NCBI GenBank assembly: GCA_001724265.1
Contig: MEDY01000019.1
Location: 1-64,000, forward strand
Direction: 5' to 3'
Origin: Rhizaria sp. SCN 62-66
Lineage: Eukaryota
Length of the DNA: 64,000 nt
The position numbers and the translations under genes are program-made. The notes under the pieces are model-generated. The model was not told the DNA's origin. It saw nothing but the letters and a program-made list of their open reading frames with translations, and did no database searches. Below are positions 13,801-28,800 of the stretch, in pieces; the stretch's first letter is position 1, and each line of letters begins with the position of its first letter.

Positions 13801-16800
13801 CACTCAGAGGTCGCGGTAGAGGTGATAGTGACGGTGACAGTAGCGTCGTAGATGGGAGCATTCCAGGTCAGCACAATGTTAACGTCGGACGCGGCCGGGA
13901 AGCTCGAAGGATCCTTGTGCACAACCGCGCTCGCGGACGTCTCGCGGTACTCGACCGCGGGCGTGACTGAGGGCATCACGAAGAAAGTACCGGTGAAAAA
14001 GTCGCCGATGACCGCGGTGGCCGTGGAGGTGGACAAGAGTCGAAGCGTGACGCCGCTTGAGCCTTCTGTCGTGGACGTTGATGACAAGCAGTACATGTAG
14101 AACACTGATGAGTCTGCGCTCACTGCAATGGTGACAGAAATGCTGGACGAGAATGCCGCAGCGCTATACTCATCATCAGTTGCTGAGAGCACGCACTTGG
14201 TCGGGTCCACCGACTCGATCGTCATCGTAATCGGGTCAGAAGTAGGCGTTGACAAGGCAACCTGCAACTTATACGGTTCAGCACCCACAATGTAGTGCTT
14301 CAGCGACTCAACCGCGGTGCCGTCCGCCTCGCGTTGGAGCTTCGCAGTCAGAAGCATGCCCGAGAGTGTGCCGGTAGTCGCGCGCGCGATCTCGAAGCCG
14401 TTCACAAAACGCACAAGTGGGTCTGTGCTTGTGTCTGACGGGTTAGGCGTGCGGCACACCAGAGTCATGTCGTTGAGGTTGTCGTACAGTTGAGACGGGT
14501 TCGTCACGTTATCGATCTTTAAAGACAGCTGAGTCGCCACGTTGACCGGGGAAATAAATCCGCTGAACTTGAACTGCAGCTGCGAACGCGCAGTCGTTGT
14601 CGGTGGCGGCACGGTTGTTAGTTGGTCTGCTGACGCACCTCCCCAACTTGTAGACATAGCAGTACTGCTGCCGAAGCTTGTGGTAGGCGGGAAATCAAGC
14701 CTGCAGAGCAGGATGAGTCCAGAGTAGTCAATCAACGGCATCGTCATCTTGACGGTCCAAGTAGCGTTCGTGTTGAGCGCGTTGTCCGACACTGTGTAAG
14801 TGAGATCGTAAATCGGCTGCGAGAAGTGATACGCAGCAACAGACCAAGTGCCGGTGGTGCCGGCCGGGTTGGAGCCCAGTACCATAACGTGCGCGCCGTT
14901 AGGGTGGAACGCGACGTCGTTCACAGTCGTCCACGGCGTGCGCAGTGCGAATGCGTCGGTGTACGTGTTGTCGAAGAACGTCTGATCCTGGCTGCCAACG
15001 CGAGTAGAATCCATCCAAATGGTCTCGTACGATTGCAGGAACGGAGGAATGGAACTCAGCCACTTCTTCGTCGGGTCGCGCGGGATGAACGCGAGCTGGA
15101 CTGTGACAGGCGCGGCGAGCGTGCCCGAAGATGAGTCGAGAGTGACGCGCAGCGAGTATAGGAAGCCCGAGGAGCAGCCCGCAACGAGGACAGTGGCGGC
15201 GGGGTTCAGCGCGAGACTCGTCACACTGCAAGGTACACTCACCCCAGTCACGCGGGTGAGCGAGATGTCGCCCGAAACCAAGAGCGCGCTACTGTTGCGC
15301 GGGAAAAACCCATAGAAAAGAATGCCTGAGTCGCCAGCAGTGAAGAACATGCCCCACTCGTGAACGACGGCAATCGCGCGAAGAGCGGCAATGCCCGCCG
15401 GCTTGCGCAAAGACCGCTGCGTGAGCGGCAGCTTGAGTTCGGTGGCCTTGGGGCTGGAGGTGCCGGAGGACGAGGTGGTGAGACTGAGCACAGGGGCCGC
15501 GTAGTGCACCAGCGCGCCGGACTCAAAGGCGACGAGCACGCTGGTGAGAACGCCCGCGTTGTGGTGCGCCAGATCCGTCCAGTCAACCATGGCCGTGATA
15601 GCGTAGCCCGTGGCCGCGGAGCCGATCTGGGTCTTGTACACGTCCCACACGCCCGTGCCGGAAGACAGCGGTGACCAGCCCGTCGTGCCGGCCTTGGCCG
15701 TTAGCAGCGAGAAGCCGTTGCCGCGTGGGTCGATGCGCAGCAGGATCGTCTCGCCGGTCTGGTCCACCGCGAGCACGAACGCGCCGCGCGCAGGGTGCGT
15801 AGAGCGGATGACGTGTAGGCGCTGGATGAGCCCGCCCTCAGAAAACATCGGCGCCGGCTGCGTGATCTCGCGCGCCTTAAGCGCAGAACGCACGGCCTCA
15901 TTACCAGTCAATGGATTGAAAGTACACTCTGCACTGTAACGCCAGAAGTACAGTTTGTGCTCGGCCTGGCTCCAGCCGAACGTGTCGCCAGATGGCAGGA
16001 ACACGCGCTGCACGTCCGCGGGCGGTGTGGGCAGGTCTAGCGTGAGGCTCACAGGCGACATAAGATTGACACCGCTATTAGAACCAAAAGTCGCCTTCAT
16101 ACAACGTGTGGAATTGCCACCCCACACAGAAGCGCAGAGCGCGCCCTCACGCCAATCAGCGGTGACGCCGGCAAAGCGAAGAGTGCGCGTAGTCTGGGTG
16201 GAGACTGCAGCGTCACCGATAATATAGTAACCGCTGACAATACCCGTGACGTTGACAGTAGAGACTGTTGTCACAGCAGTAGTACGCATGTACTGAACAG
16301 ATCCACTGATTTGAGCGTACGGCAGTGTTCCACCAATGAACGTCGGGAGAACGTTCTGAACGAGCGCATATGTGCCCAAAGGAATCCACACCGTGGAGCC
16401 CGACTTACGGCTCGAAAGGAAGTTGCATGAGAGTTCGGTCGATGTTGTCGAGCATGACACGGTATCGGAGTCGCCGCTCTCGGTGTAGTAAGTCAGCGTA
16501 GGGGATGAACCAGACGTAAATTTAACCGAACTAAACAACATCTTAACATTTGCGGCACCAGTAGACGCGGGCATCGTGATTATCGCGGTCACATCGCACG
16601 TGGCGCCGGTCAGCGGCACGCAGTTGCGGTACGTATACGCGACAAGAGTGGACGGCATCGGCTCCATCTGCACGTGGCGCTCGATCGCGCGCTCAAAGTA
16701 CTTGATCGTGCTGTTGGACTTGTTTGCGATGAAATAAGACGGATAAGAGTGCAGCTTAGCGCGAACGTCATAACAAGTCGCTGCAACGGAGACAGAACAC

Positions 16801-19800
16801 TGACGTGTATACGCGGGAATGCTAGACGGAGTGTCTACTGAAAAATCCGACGATGTTGCATTACTCGAAGTAGCAATCAAGCTCCAAGTATTACCGTTCG
16901 TTGTCGGATCGCAAACAGACGACCCCGTAGCGCTAACAGAGTTCAACCACACCGCGTAGTCAGTCGCAAGATGCTCCCTCGTAGCCCCCGCAGCAACGAA
17001 CGTGCGCGGGTGCTGCACGGTGAGCGACATCTTACTTGACACAGTGAGCGTCTTCTGCATGTACATCGTCGTGTCAGTGAACAGGCCCGACGTCGCAATG
17101 CTTCCAAGACGAATACTGTAAATCCGCGTTAGTGGGCCCGTGTAAGACATGGACGGAGTCGCCAGCGGCTGCTGGGGGCGAATCGTGGTGTAAATGCGGC
17201 CGTCCTGCGACACGCGCGGGCGCAGCGCGTCCCACTGGTACTGCGTCTGCGGCACAGGGATATCACTGAGCATTTTGCGGTCAGCAATGGAAACTAACGG
17301 GAGATCAGTGTTATCGGTCGAGTACTTGTTGTCCGCGAATGTGAAAAACAGCCGGTGCAAGTCACCAACAAGGTTGGTCTCGCTCCACGTGTCAGACTTG
17401 GTCATGACATCAACGACCGCAGAGCCGTCGCCGGTGGGGACCACGCCCGCCACGCCCAAGACTTCGGTCGTTGTGCCCAACAGAGCGACCACGTCGACGT
17501 ACGCGATGCGGCGACTGGCACTCAGCGTGGTTAAGCTGCGCAATCCACTGATGCGCGAAATGGCGACCCGCTGCTTGCCCAAGACGTACACGTAGTAAAG
17601 ATCGTCGTCCGCAGCGTAGTCGGTGCTAAGCCACGCGTGCGGGATAATCCACGGCAGCGCGCGGCCCACAGCGACCATACCAGGGCGCAGCGCCGCAGAC
17701 GACGTGGCGTGCGATAGCGTGAACTCTTGACGCATCGTGATAGCATAGGTCGAGGTGGAGGCCGTAGCATCGCGATCGTAAAGTCTGCACAATGCACGCT
17801 GGCAAAGCACAAAAGAGTTCGTGTTGCGCGCCTGAATCACCGCTGGCTGCTCTTGACGCAGGGCGATAGAAACATCGGACTGGTTCGAGTGCGTAAACGC
17901 GACTTGCTCGGACAGCGCCCAGAGCGCAAGAGCGCCGTAAATTACACGGAACGAGAGGAAACGAGTGCCAACAACGACGCTGACATAGAAACGCAGGCCA
18001 TATGACGAGGTGTAATCGTGGAACACAAATGGCGCCACGGCATGAGACGCAGAGCGCGCCTCGGCGCTACTCAGCGATGACAACGTGGGCTCGAGATAGG
18101 AGCTGAGATCAAATGTCTCTGTGGAGACCAAGTCGCGCAGGAACAGTCCCGTGACGGGGTCGCGGCGGATCGCTACGAGCACACGGTTGTTAAAGTTAAC
18201 AAAAAGCAGAGTCTCGTCGGGTGAAAGTGCGATAGAGCCGCGCAGCCCCTCGTGTGCCTTGCCAACTGCTGCGACAGTGTATAGGCGAGCGTAGCTGAGG
18301 AGGTCAAGCACACTAGTACAGGAGTTCTCGGCGTACGACGGTAGCAGTGTGATAGTGCTCTCGCTAATAGTGACGACACACGAAGTGACCGCGCCGTTCT
18401 GATGCAAACGGTAAATTAGCTTACTCGAAGCAGTGCGCACGGTGTCAATCACGGGTGATGTGCCTGCAGAAGCCACGGTCACGGTCGCAGTGAGGTCGCG
18501 CAGCATAGGCTGAATCGGGTGCGAATTGACCCATGTTGTCGACGTCAGAGGCCGAATATACGCGGTTGTCGTACTGTTGAAAATACCAACCATAAAATAC
18601 GATCCATCACGGGGCGGGGCGTTCGACGCCAGAGGAAGTGTGTAGAGTGTGACTTCGGCTTCACCGCCACTTGAAAGTGCAGTGATAAATACATCCGGCG
18701 TAACACGGAAGCACGTGGTGAAACTCGCCTGCGTCTCAAGGCCGTATGTCGCGACTGCTGCATCATTGGATGTAGTTTCGAGCGAGCTACGCCGCCTAGT
18801 AAAAGTTAACATCTCCGGAATTGTGCCTGAACAGTCAGCAGCTCCAGTTGTTGTGTAGACTGATGACGCGTTATTAAGAACTTGAATTTGAATAGCACGA
18901 GTTCCTGTGAAAATGTTGTGTGGCACAAAGAATCCAATACGATCACCACTGCCTTTAGTCGCATTCACTGAGAGCGCAAAACGCATTGTGATAGCGCTAG
19001 TGCTCGCATTTGTAGTGCTGCCGAAGGCGTACGAGACAGATTGCCAGCCAATAAAGCCTGTGAGAGGATGGGGCCGCAAGGTGACCGGAGACAGATTGGT
19101 GGATTGCTCGAGCAGTGAGGGGGCATCAGTGTTGATTTGAATCGGAAATGAAAAAGCGGCTGACTGGGTTGCGCTGGGCTGTCCGGAACCCGAAGTAAAG
19201 ATGTTCAGTGTTGCTGAAAGCTCACCCCCTGAAGCGTACTTCAACATTGTTTGGAGATCTTGTGATGTTTTCAGCTGGAATAAACATGCTTTGATCTCGA
19301 ACGTCTTCGATGTCTCCATATCATTAATGATCGAATAACGAATCTGTGTCGATGATCCGCTGGATACAACTGTATAAGTCTTATACATTCCAATAGACGT
19401 GGTGCCGCTTTTAATGGTAAAAAACTGAGTGAAGTCGTTCGGGGCATTATTAGCTGAGAATACCATTGGGGTAAACATGGGCATTGATGACGGGAAATCG
19501 AGAACAACCCACGCCCTGTACGAGTTTAACTTGGAGCTAGGTTTGTACGCAGGGATTGTCAAGCATGCCATCCCGTAAGGGTAATTAAGCAATGATGTTG
19601 CTTTGATCGAATCCAAATTGAGCCATGAAAAAGCAAGATCAAGATTTTGATCGACAACAGCGTTTGTCGATTCAACCTCAGTGTTCTGCAGCGCAAAAGA
19701 GCTGTGGAATGAGCCAAACGCGTAAGTCGACGTGCTGTCCAAGTCGGGCGCCGTCACGCTGTAGTACCACACAATGATCCGGCGCTCTGGGGGAATCGTC

Positions 19801-22800
19801 ACAGTCGTGGACCACGTGAAGGCTGCCGAATCAGCGGCCGCAGTCGCACCATCCACGTCAATATTGCGCGAAACAGGATTGCTCCAGCCGCGGCCAATAG
19901 GCATGTACAGCAGCTGACCAGCTCTCCAGGTGCGCGGTAGGAGGAAAGTGCAGTACACGTCGTACCTAAGTCCTGCGGTCACCTTTGCGGGCCGCATCTC
20001 GGTCGGCAGCGTCGTTCCGCGCGGGGTAGTCGCCGAGGCGGTGAAGACGTGGCACATCGGGCGCGGAGCGTCTGCCGTATTGGTGTCCGTGGTAGTCGGC
20101 AGCGCAGCAACCGCAAACGTGGTCGCGGCGATCTCATTGCTCATGCGTACGTGCGTGATCGAGTCAACGAGCGAGACCTTCAACCCGCCGGAAGTGCTCG
20201 CCTTGCACAGCAGACCGCGCAGGGTATGTTGAATCTTGAGTGACTTGGGATTCGAATCGCTTGCGCGCATGCGGAGATACACGGTCGACGTCGACGTCGA
20301 GCTCGTCAGCACCTCGACTGAGGGCGCCGTGGTGACTTTATTGGTTGAAGGGCGACGTGCGACAAGCGCGGCATCGAACGTGCAGATGGAACTGTCGGCG
20401 GAATCAACGCGCACGTCAACGAGCGGAAGCCACAGCGAGGTGGGAGCGATGCTGGCGATATCCACGGTGAGGTCGATAGAACTGTAACCCGCAGACTGTA
20501 CGAAGTTAGTCATCGTGACCATGCTCGAAGTGAGTAAGCCTACCGTGGTGGGTAACGCAGCCCAGCCAAAGACAACGTTCGTAAAAGTAATATCAGCCTC
20601 GAAAGCACTCGTTATGGGGTCATACGAGCCAAACTGCATCGTGTATACGCTGCTTGTCGAGCGCAGAGGGTGGTAAAAGACGCCATTGAAGGAAACTGTC
20701 GCCGTTGTCGCGGTGGCTGCGCACTCATCGGTAGTCGAGGAGCCAGTCACCAGGTAGCCCAAATTCATAGGATCGCGGATAAACGTCTTTCCGGCGCTCT
20801 CACCGGTCGGCAGCACGTCGAGGACGTACTTGGTGCGTGCCTCCTCAGGGATAATAAGACGAATCGCGCCGTTGACCGGCATCGAGTACGGACAAAGCAC
20901 TGAAGCCACGGCGCTCTGGATGTTCACGACCAGATTGTACGTTTGCATCGCAACAGCTGTCGTCGCGGTCGCAGTACCCGTGATAGCCGAAGTAATCACA
21001 GCGGGCGCCACGCGAGGGAGCACAAAGAACGTTTGAGCCAGCGGCGTCGTGCTACGGAGATTATACACAAGCGGCGCACTAGTGGCGGAGACAAGGAGCT
21101 TAATGTCGCCGGAGAACGTCACCAATGATGTGTGCTGCGTCTTTACGCAACTATCGAGCACGAAAAACAGGGTTGACGACGAAGAACGCGCCACGAGCGA
21201 GCTCATGCCAGTCAGCGGGCACGTAAGCACGCTACTGCTGACGGTGCAGCCAGCGAGCGCATCGTAGTTGGCGGCGGTGATATTGCTCAGAGCGACGTCC
21301 TGCTTGAGCAGCAAGACGCTGGATGCTCCAATGCAGCTCGTGAGGGAGGCACCGCGCAGCGTGAACGCGATAGTGAAGTAGGACAGGGTCGACGACTTAG
21401 TGATGAATTCAAACGGCGGCGAAGCGATGATCAGCGATGCGCCAGCAGTGTTCCGAGTCCAGCTTGTCGCAGGTGCCGTGAGGCGCGCGACGGCGTAGCC
21501 CTCCTGGGGCGCCTGTGCGCCCGATGGCGTGACGCGGAGCACGGCTTCCTCGAGCCGGCCCATCGTGCCTTTGGCGGGCACTAGACGAACAAACGCGATT
21601 AGAGGGGTGAGTAGCAGTGTCGTCGTGCTGTACTCGATCTCAACGACAAGTGTGTCAGTCGAAACAAAGTCGTCTGTGAAGCCACTTGAAGGGGTAATGC
21701 TAGTAGTCCACAGCCGCGTGTTAAGACTGTCCAGCTGCTCCAGTGACAAAACAATGCTATCCGGGAAAGATGTGAACTTAAACGTCACAGACTCAACCAC
21801 AAATCCCAGGATTGCACTTACAGAGTCATTCGTAAACTCCAGAGCGAAGACGCCCCCCGCCGCAGTCGAGATGTCGCCAGAAACAACTGTCACGAAAGAC
21901 GCGAATCCAGAGTAACTTGTTCCGTCGGCAGCGAGCTCTTCCTTGCGCTCCCGCAGCAGCCAGTAAGCCTCTACCACAGGCGTGGGCGCAAATAGCACGG
22001 GAGTCTTTGTGTACGCAACAACGGTGCCGAGCTGCACAGTGCGGCTGGTGGAGAGAAGCGCGTCGGACTCAGCGGCGTTGCTGACAACAGTGACGGTGAA
22101 GCTTGGCGAAGCGCAGACGCCAGCTTTGGCAAAGGCTGTCTGCGTGGTGACGCAGTGCACGTCGCCGTACACGAGCCCGGAGATGTTAACGCGCGTCGCT
22201 GTGCTCGGGAGTGCGAACGTGATGGACTGCTCGGAAAACGAGATATATGTCACTGCGGGCGACGCCGCAATATTTGACGCACCAAAGCCGTCAACAAAGA
22301 AAACAGAATCGCTAAATGTGACCACCGCAGCCAAGGGCGAGTACGTGCTCACCGTGATGGCGGGCAAGTCGAACTGGAGGTCGAAGCCGTCGACATACAC
22401 ATCGCCGGCCTCGGTGTCGACCTGGGCCGCAGAAGCGGCGATGTTGCTGATGGCGATGGTCGGCACTGAGGCGCGGTCACGGCGGTCCGCCATCGGCAGC
22501 TCCAGCACTGTGCGCATGTGCGTCGCGCCGGAAGGCTTGTGGCGCACGCCGAAGATCCACTCGGTGAGCCGCGGCAGGGTTGTGGCGACAGACGTGAGCG
22601 GCATGTACAAGTAGCACGGCGACGCAGGAGTGCAGCTGATATCACTACCGCTGGTGATTGTAAAGGTGGGCGCTGTCGTAGAGCATATGCTCGCGCACAT
22701 GAAAGTGACAGTGCTGAGAGAACCTGAATTGTTATAGAACGTGAGTGTGAGTGCGCTGCTCACAAATGCTGAGGACGAAATTGTCAAGTCAGTGGGAATA

Positions 22801-25800
22801 GTGATCATAAGCCTATCCGTGTTCGCAAGATAAAGCCGTGTGAATGTGAAAGCAGCGTAGTGGCCCGCAGTGACAGGCGCAGCCATCGAAGTGCTCGGAG
22901 AGAGCGAGGTGGACGACTGAACCATGTGTTGCACCGAGCCAGCGGCCGGGAGCGCAAGCTGGCTAAACGCAGGGCGCTTGTAAATAATGCCGTCTACAGT
23001 TGCCTGAACCTCCACGCAGCGGCCCGGAATAGCGGCCATATTGCGGGCGCCGGTGGCCGAGAGGTCTAGCACCACGCCGTGAATGCGGAAACGGAGAAAC
23101 TTGTTCGGAGTGAGGCACGGATTGGTAGCGCACCTGAACTGGATCGAGGTCGTGAGTGGAGTTTTAACCGTCCACTGAGCGATTAGCGCATCCTCATCGT
23201 CCTCCAAGGCGGCGATCGAAACAAGCGAAGGGGAAGGATTCGTGGAGAATGTCACTGCGCTTTGGCAATAGTCAGTGAGCTGAATAAGGAAATTGGCGAC
23301 ACTAGTCGAATAATCATAGCGAGGAATGACCAGCACATCCATGGTGCTGTTGAACTGTTTCGAGCTCGTCATCTCATGGCCCAGCAGATCTACGGAGACG
23401 TCGAAGATGTCGTCTTGCACGGTAGCGGCAGCATTATCGCCGTTCATATTCACAGGATCCGTCGTTCCAGTCCAGGCCGCAACCTTCGTGTTCGAAGTCG
23501 TGGTGAACGAAAAACACGACGCCGCGATGTCGCGCGAGTCGCTGGGGCCGAACGAGGCCGTGGCAAGCGCGGGCACGGTGAACTCGAGGTACGGCGTCAC
23601 AGGCACCGTGGCGGTATCACTGTACATCACCGCAGTCGGGTCCGGCGACGGGAACATAAAGCTGGTAACAGCCATAACCCACGTCGTCGAAGTGCCTGTA
23701 GGAATGACATTGTTGCCCGTGATGGTGTTGGTGCCGGCCAGCGAAGACAAGGTGTTAAACCGCAGCGCGCACGTCTTGCTGAGAGTGACTGTAAGCCCGG
23801 TGAAGGCGTAGGGCGCGTGGTAGTACATGCGCCAGCGCAAGTCCGCGCTCGAGGTCACACCGTCCCATGAGCTCTGCATCACAGTGTTAACAGCGACGGC
23901 AAGGATGTCCATCTTGTTCACAGAATGCGTGGCGAGAATACCGGTCGTGCGCGGCGACGGCAAGCTGTCAAGTAGGATAAACCCGTTGGCAAAGCGCGGC
24001 CACACGGAGCCGTACGGCGTGGCAGGGCCGGAGAAGCGGACGCGCATCGGTGTGTTCGCCTGGGAGCCTGTCGGCAGCACGGGCTGCGGGCACACGAGGC
24101 TGATCATTGCCTCGTCAGTCGTCGAATTGGTGCACGTCCAGTCTGTGGAAAGCGGCAGCAGCGTGAGCGACTCAAGAAAGTACCCAGGTACGTTCATCGT
24201 GTCAAACGAGACTAGGGGTCGCACTTCAACATTGCTGAGATACGATGTAGTTAAAGCAAAGATCTGCAGCTCAAACGTATGAATCTCTGTGAATTGATCA
24301 GGGGTAGAGCTCGTCGGCAATGCGGAAAGAAGCGTCTTGGAAATGTGGAGCGGCAGGAACTGGTAGTCAATGTGCGAACTCGCCAAGTAGGTGAATTGAG
24401 AAAGCGGTTCCTTCAGTGTCGAAGTGTCCCCGCCACCATCGACTGTAAAGCACTCCTGAGGGATTGTGGGGTAGAACGACGGAATTCCGTATAAGACACG
24501 GAATACATTCAGCATCGTCAGGATATGCGTCGAACTAGCACTGAGCGCAGCAGAAGCAGTGCATGTGACGCTCATCTGTGATGCTGTCACTACCGGTGCA
24601 GATGTCGTGCAGTCAAGTGAACTCCCGTTCGTCGAATTGCTCGAAATGGTCTCATTCGCCGACCCCACCGACAGAGAAGACAAGAACTCGACCGCCCCAG
24701 CCGGACACAGTGTGGTGTTAGTGCTGTTGTACGTTATCAAAAACGTCGTATTTCCGCTAATGTCCACTTTTGTGTGTGTTGATATGGCCATGTCAGCGCG
24801 CTTAACCGTCACCCAGGGACTGGCGGCCTCCGTGTCGGTGCCGTCCCAGCTGCCGTCAATAGCCTTGGACTTAATGCGCATCAGCAGGTCGTTGCCGCCA
24901 GTAATTAGCACATTTTTGAGCGGATTGTTCGAGAGCAAGTTGTAGTTGGACAATGTCGTCACAAAACATTTCGGGAGAATAGAGGGCGCAAACTTGATCA
25001 TCCGAAACATGGTCGGAATATTGATCCAGAACACCTTGTGGTTCAGTCCGGAGCCGGGGTGCGGGCACTTGATCACGCGACGCCCGTCAGCGGTGAAATC
25101 GACGTCGACGCAGCTGCTGGCCCCTGTCGAGCCCCAGCTCGAAGTCATCGGCCGCGTCGCAGTCGCAAGCAAGCCGTCCGTGAGATAAATATTACAAGGC
25201 GATTCCGTGCTGACCTTAATCGTAAAGTACACGTCTTCGCCGGCGGGGATCTCCTGCAGCAAGTATACCGTCATCTTGACGTTGTAGTAGAACTTAGGGT
25301 CGGAGCTGTAGAGATCGTCCATGGTCATAACGCGTTCGAGTGCAGTCAAGTCATATTCCATCGCGTTGCGCGTCTGTGCAAAGGTGAGCCGTGCAACCTC
25401 CGTGCTCAGGTACTACGTAGAGTCCTCTTGACTTGTGACATTAAGGCAAGCCGATGTCGCGGTCTTGGAGTTAAGAACAACACTGTTGCTGACAGTCACA
25501 TAGCGCTGCGGGATCTGGCCGAACTCAGACAGCGTGGGCATCGTATCAACTTCACAGCTGTTGATCGATATTTGCGAGCCATCGTAACCTGCAGGGACTG
25601 ACGCTAATGTACAAAGACTTGTGTTAGATAGCGCCGGCAATGTGAAAAGTGTGATTGCCGTCTCATTAGGGCAAAGGGATACTATGATCGTGCGTTTTTT
25701 CGTCGAAGACCCAGAACGATAGGCTGACAAGGTAAACTGCACTGTATACTTGATCGAGAACGTCTCCGTGGCCGTGGTCACTGTGTCCACGGAGGCGCTG

Positions 25801-28800
25801 TAAGCAGTTGGCAACACGTAGTACCGCATCGGCGTCAAGAGCTTGCCCGACGAAGGCGAATACACTTCCATCGGCACAACGTTCTCTGAAATAAAGATGA
25901 TTGAGCTGCCCGACTTAACATTAGCATATGCAGTGATGCACGATGCAGAAAGCAGACTCTGCACATTAAGCACCGAGTAATAAAGCTCAATAGCTGCGTC
26001 GTAAATTGGATACGGCCTGGTAGCGGATGTGAATAATGTGCTCGGACATGTGACCGTGGCGGTGTATCCGTCAGTCGAGATCACCGCCGAGCATGAAGTG
26101 GTCGGAGTATCGGTCGCGTTCGCGTTCCAGACGCCAACTCCTCTAAGGCCGCCGCAGCCGGGGACAATGGACCAAAGGAAGTCGACAGAGCTCGAGGCCG
26201 GGACTTTGCGGTAGATCTGGAACCTGATCAGGCCGCGCACAATAGTGCTTCCAGTCTCGTCGGTGTACGCGTACGTCATCAGCAGGGCGTGGTCAAACGT
26301 TCTCGATGTGGTCTCGGGAAGCGCAAGAGCCTCTAGAGTGTACGCTGTTGAGCCTAAAACAGAAACATTAAACATCGTCGTCGGCAGTGTAGAAGATGAA
26401 AAATTAGATACAGGCACGCGGAGCGAGTTGAACACAACGCCCGTAGGTGGAGGAAGGGTGTTAGTGCCCATTGTAAGCTTGATATTAATGACGGGAGATG
26501 ATGTTGAGGCGTTCTTGATTGTGTAAGCGGTGAGGCCACTCACCCAGTGGGCAACGTTGGCGACGGCGAGCGTGATATTAGAGCTGTCTGCGTTTTGCCA
26601 GACGGAAGAATTTGTTGGGAGCGTGATATTAGTGTCAACATCAACAGTTGTAAAGGTAACAAGACCGATTTGCAGCTGCATCTCGGCCGCTGATGTGTCA
26701 AAAGTGCGAAGTTTGTAGTCTACCACGGCAAACTTGAGTGTCGGCTTTACCGTTGAAGTCTGCGCCGTCATTGTGCGAGACGCGGTGGATGCGTTTGAGG
26801 TACCCCGGCTATAAAGGATGTAAAAACAACTCGCAATAGGTGGGTATGTCACACTGTAGGGATTTGCAAGAACATACGAGGTACTATTAAGGTAGGTCGT
26901 GCTTGTTATAGTGCTAGTAGAAGTGAATGCAATTTTTGTTGAGTCTGAAGAGCTAAAAGTCAACGCGGGGTTAGTCGTGTGCGTTGTAGACAATGTGGCC
27001 CATTGACTGCACTCATCATCGACGTATTGAGCAAAGCTCCGAGTGCCGCTACTACCCGCCGTGGCGAAGCCGACTTGAGAGACGTAACTTGTGATCTTAC
27101 TTTTCGTGGGATCACTATAGCTGAGAGATGTTGAGTCAAACGAAACAAGCTTCAAATTGACTTGTGATGTCGTCGTCTGTTCACGGCCATAAGCAAAATC
27201 TGCCGGAAACTGAATATACTCAGGTGGTATCGTAGTACCAGAAACAAATATAGTCTGAATACACATCGCTGACGCAGCGTTAATATAGCCGGACGTAAAA
27301 CTCGAAATAGACATGTTAAAATAAGGAGCTGTGGATGTTGCGGTGCTAGTGAGAGCAAATATACGTGCCGCTTTCTTGCCTACCGCTGATGTGAAACCAC
27401 TGACTGCAGCAGGAGTCATCGAAGAACCAAAGGGATCGCCGGGGGCACAGTGTGGCAAGGGCAAAAAGTGAATTTGTACGCTCGAAAGAGTGTTTGCGCT
27501 ACCCTTAGCGAAGGAAAATTTATATAATGTCGGTGCCGCCGTTGGAAGTGCCTCTTGTGTCAACGCGAACGAAGAATACTTGGTCGGCGTCCAGTCTGAC
27601 GCCATCGGCACAACATACGGAGCGTACGTGGTCAGCGAACTCGACTCCTCGAGCGTCCAGCACGACGCGGGGATTGACGCCGCCTCCGTCATGACATCTG
27701 TGATGCGCAGACGAGCCCAGCGGCCTGTGATTGCGTTTGTACATTTAATCAGAAAACGGACAGGCGTGAATGTGGACGAACTAAACCCGTCAGTGCGACT
27801 CCCGCCATCGTACGTGATCGAGCAAGAAAAAGTAGACACGTCGCTCGTCGTGTCATTTTTCACATATAGAAGATGTGCTGCATAGGGAACGGTCGAGCCA
27901 GTCGCATTAAGCGACTGCAAACATGTCGTTGAATCTGATTTAATCGTGAGAACACGGTTGAAGGAAGCTGAAGGACAGTAAATGTAGGCATCGACCCAGT
28001 ACGTGGAGCCGTAGAACTGCGTGTATGAAGTCGTCATGCGGAGCTCGGTGCTGGTGGGGGCAACATACGGGATTGTGCTCGCCGCGGGGACATTCGTGGA
28101 AGACAAAAGCACAGAGCTGCTTGCGCCAGTGAAGCTAATGGTGAAACACTGCTTAATATAGTTGCTTGATTGCGCATTTGCTTTGCTCAGGGCGATGTTG
28201 TCAAGAACAAGCACGGCGCCGCCGAGCGTCGGCTGCACCGCCGAGTCCACCAGCTCGAAGTTGATTTTAGTGCTTGTTCGAGTGCCACTAAGTTGCAGTC
28301 CAAATGTGGACAAGCTGGTGTCGATTGTCACGTCGGTGAGAACACTGCCGCTGCACGCAGTATTGACCTCGAGGGAGCCGCCAGTCACGGGGTACGGGTG
28401 CGTGAAGGTAAACTTGAGCGACATGGAAAACGTCAACGAACTGGAAATGATCGACTGGCGCGCGGTCGAGTCAAGCACGCGGTCGGTGGTGACCGAGGGC
28501 GCGGGGTTGTCCCAGGCGGGGACAGAGGAGAACGGCGTCGCGGGGGAGTTGACGATATCGCGCTCGTTGGCGAAGTTGGTGTAGGTGCTCACGCAAAGAC
28601 CGGCGGGGAGAGTGAACCCGCTGGCGAGGTCGGAGTAAATTGGGGACACGGCGAACATGTTCAGAACAAGGTTGATAACGAGTGAGCCAGTTAAAATAGT
28701 CGAACTGCTGGAGGACACGCCGAACTTGACTCCGGTGATCAAAGTGCCAGTGGGAGTCCCGGAGGCGACTGTGAGTGAAACGATCGCCGAGTGGTCGCAG

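Noticed and set aside
25413-25415. Selenocysteine or pyrrolysine recoding
   Set aside because: Sec uses UGA. Pyl is known from archaea and bacteria, and these sites are non-catalytic linkers in eukaryotic proteins.
25374-25440. Small intron removing the TAG (nearby GTAG/GTAC and CTCAC…GCACAG)
   Set aside because: The 43-nt and 40-nt options shift the frame or create TAA. The frame-preserving 12-nt and 66-nt options have atypical donors and are unlike the 101-270-nt AT-rich introns seen elsewhere. Only cDNA can exclude this fully.
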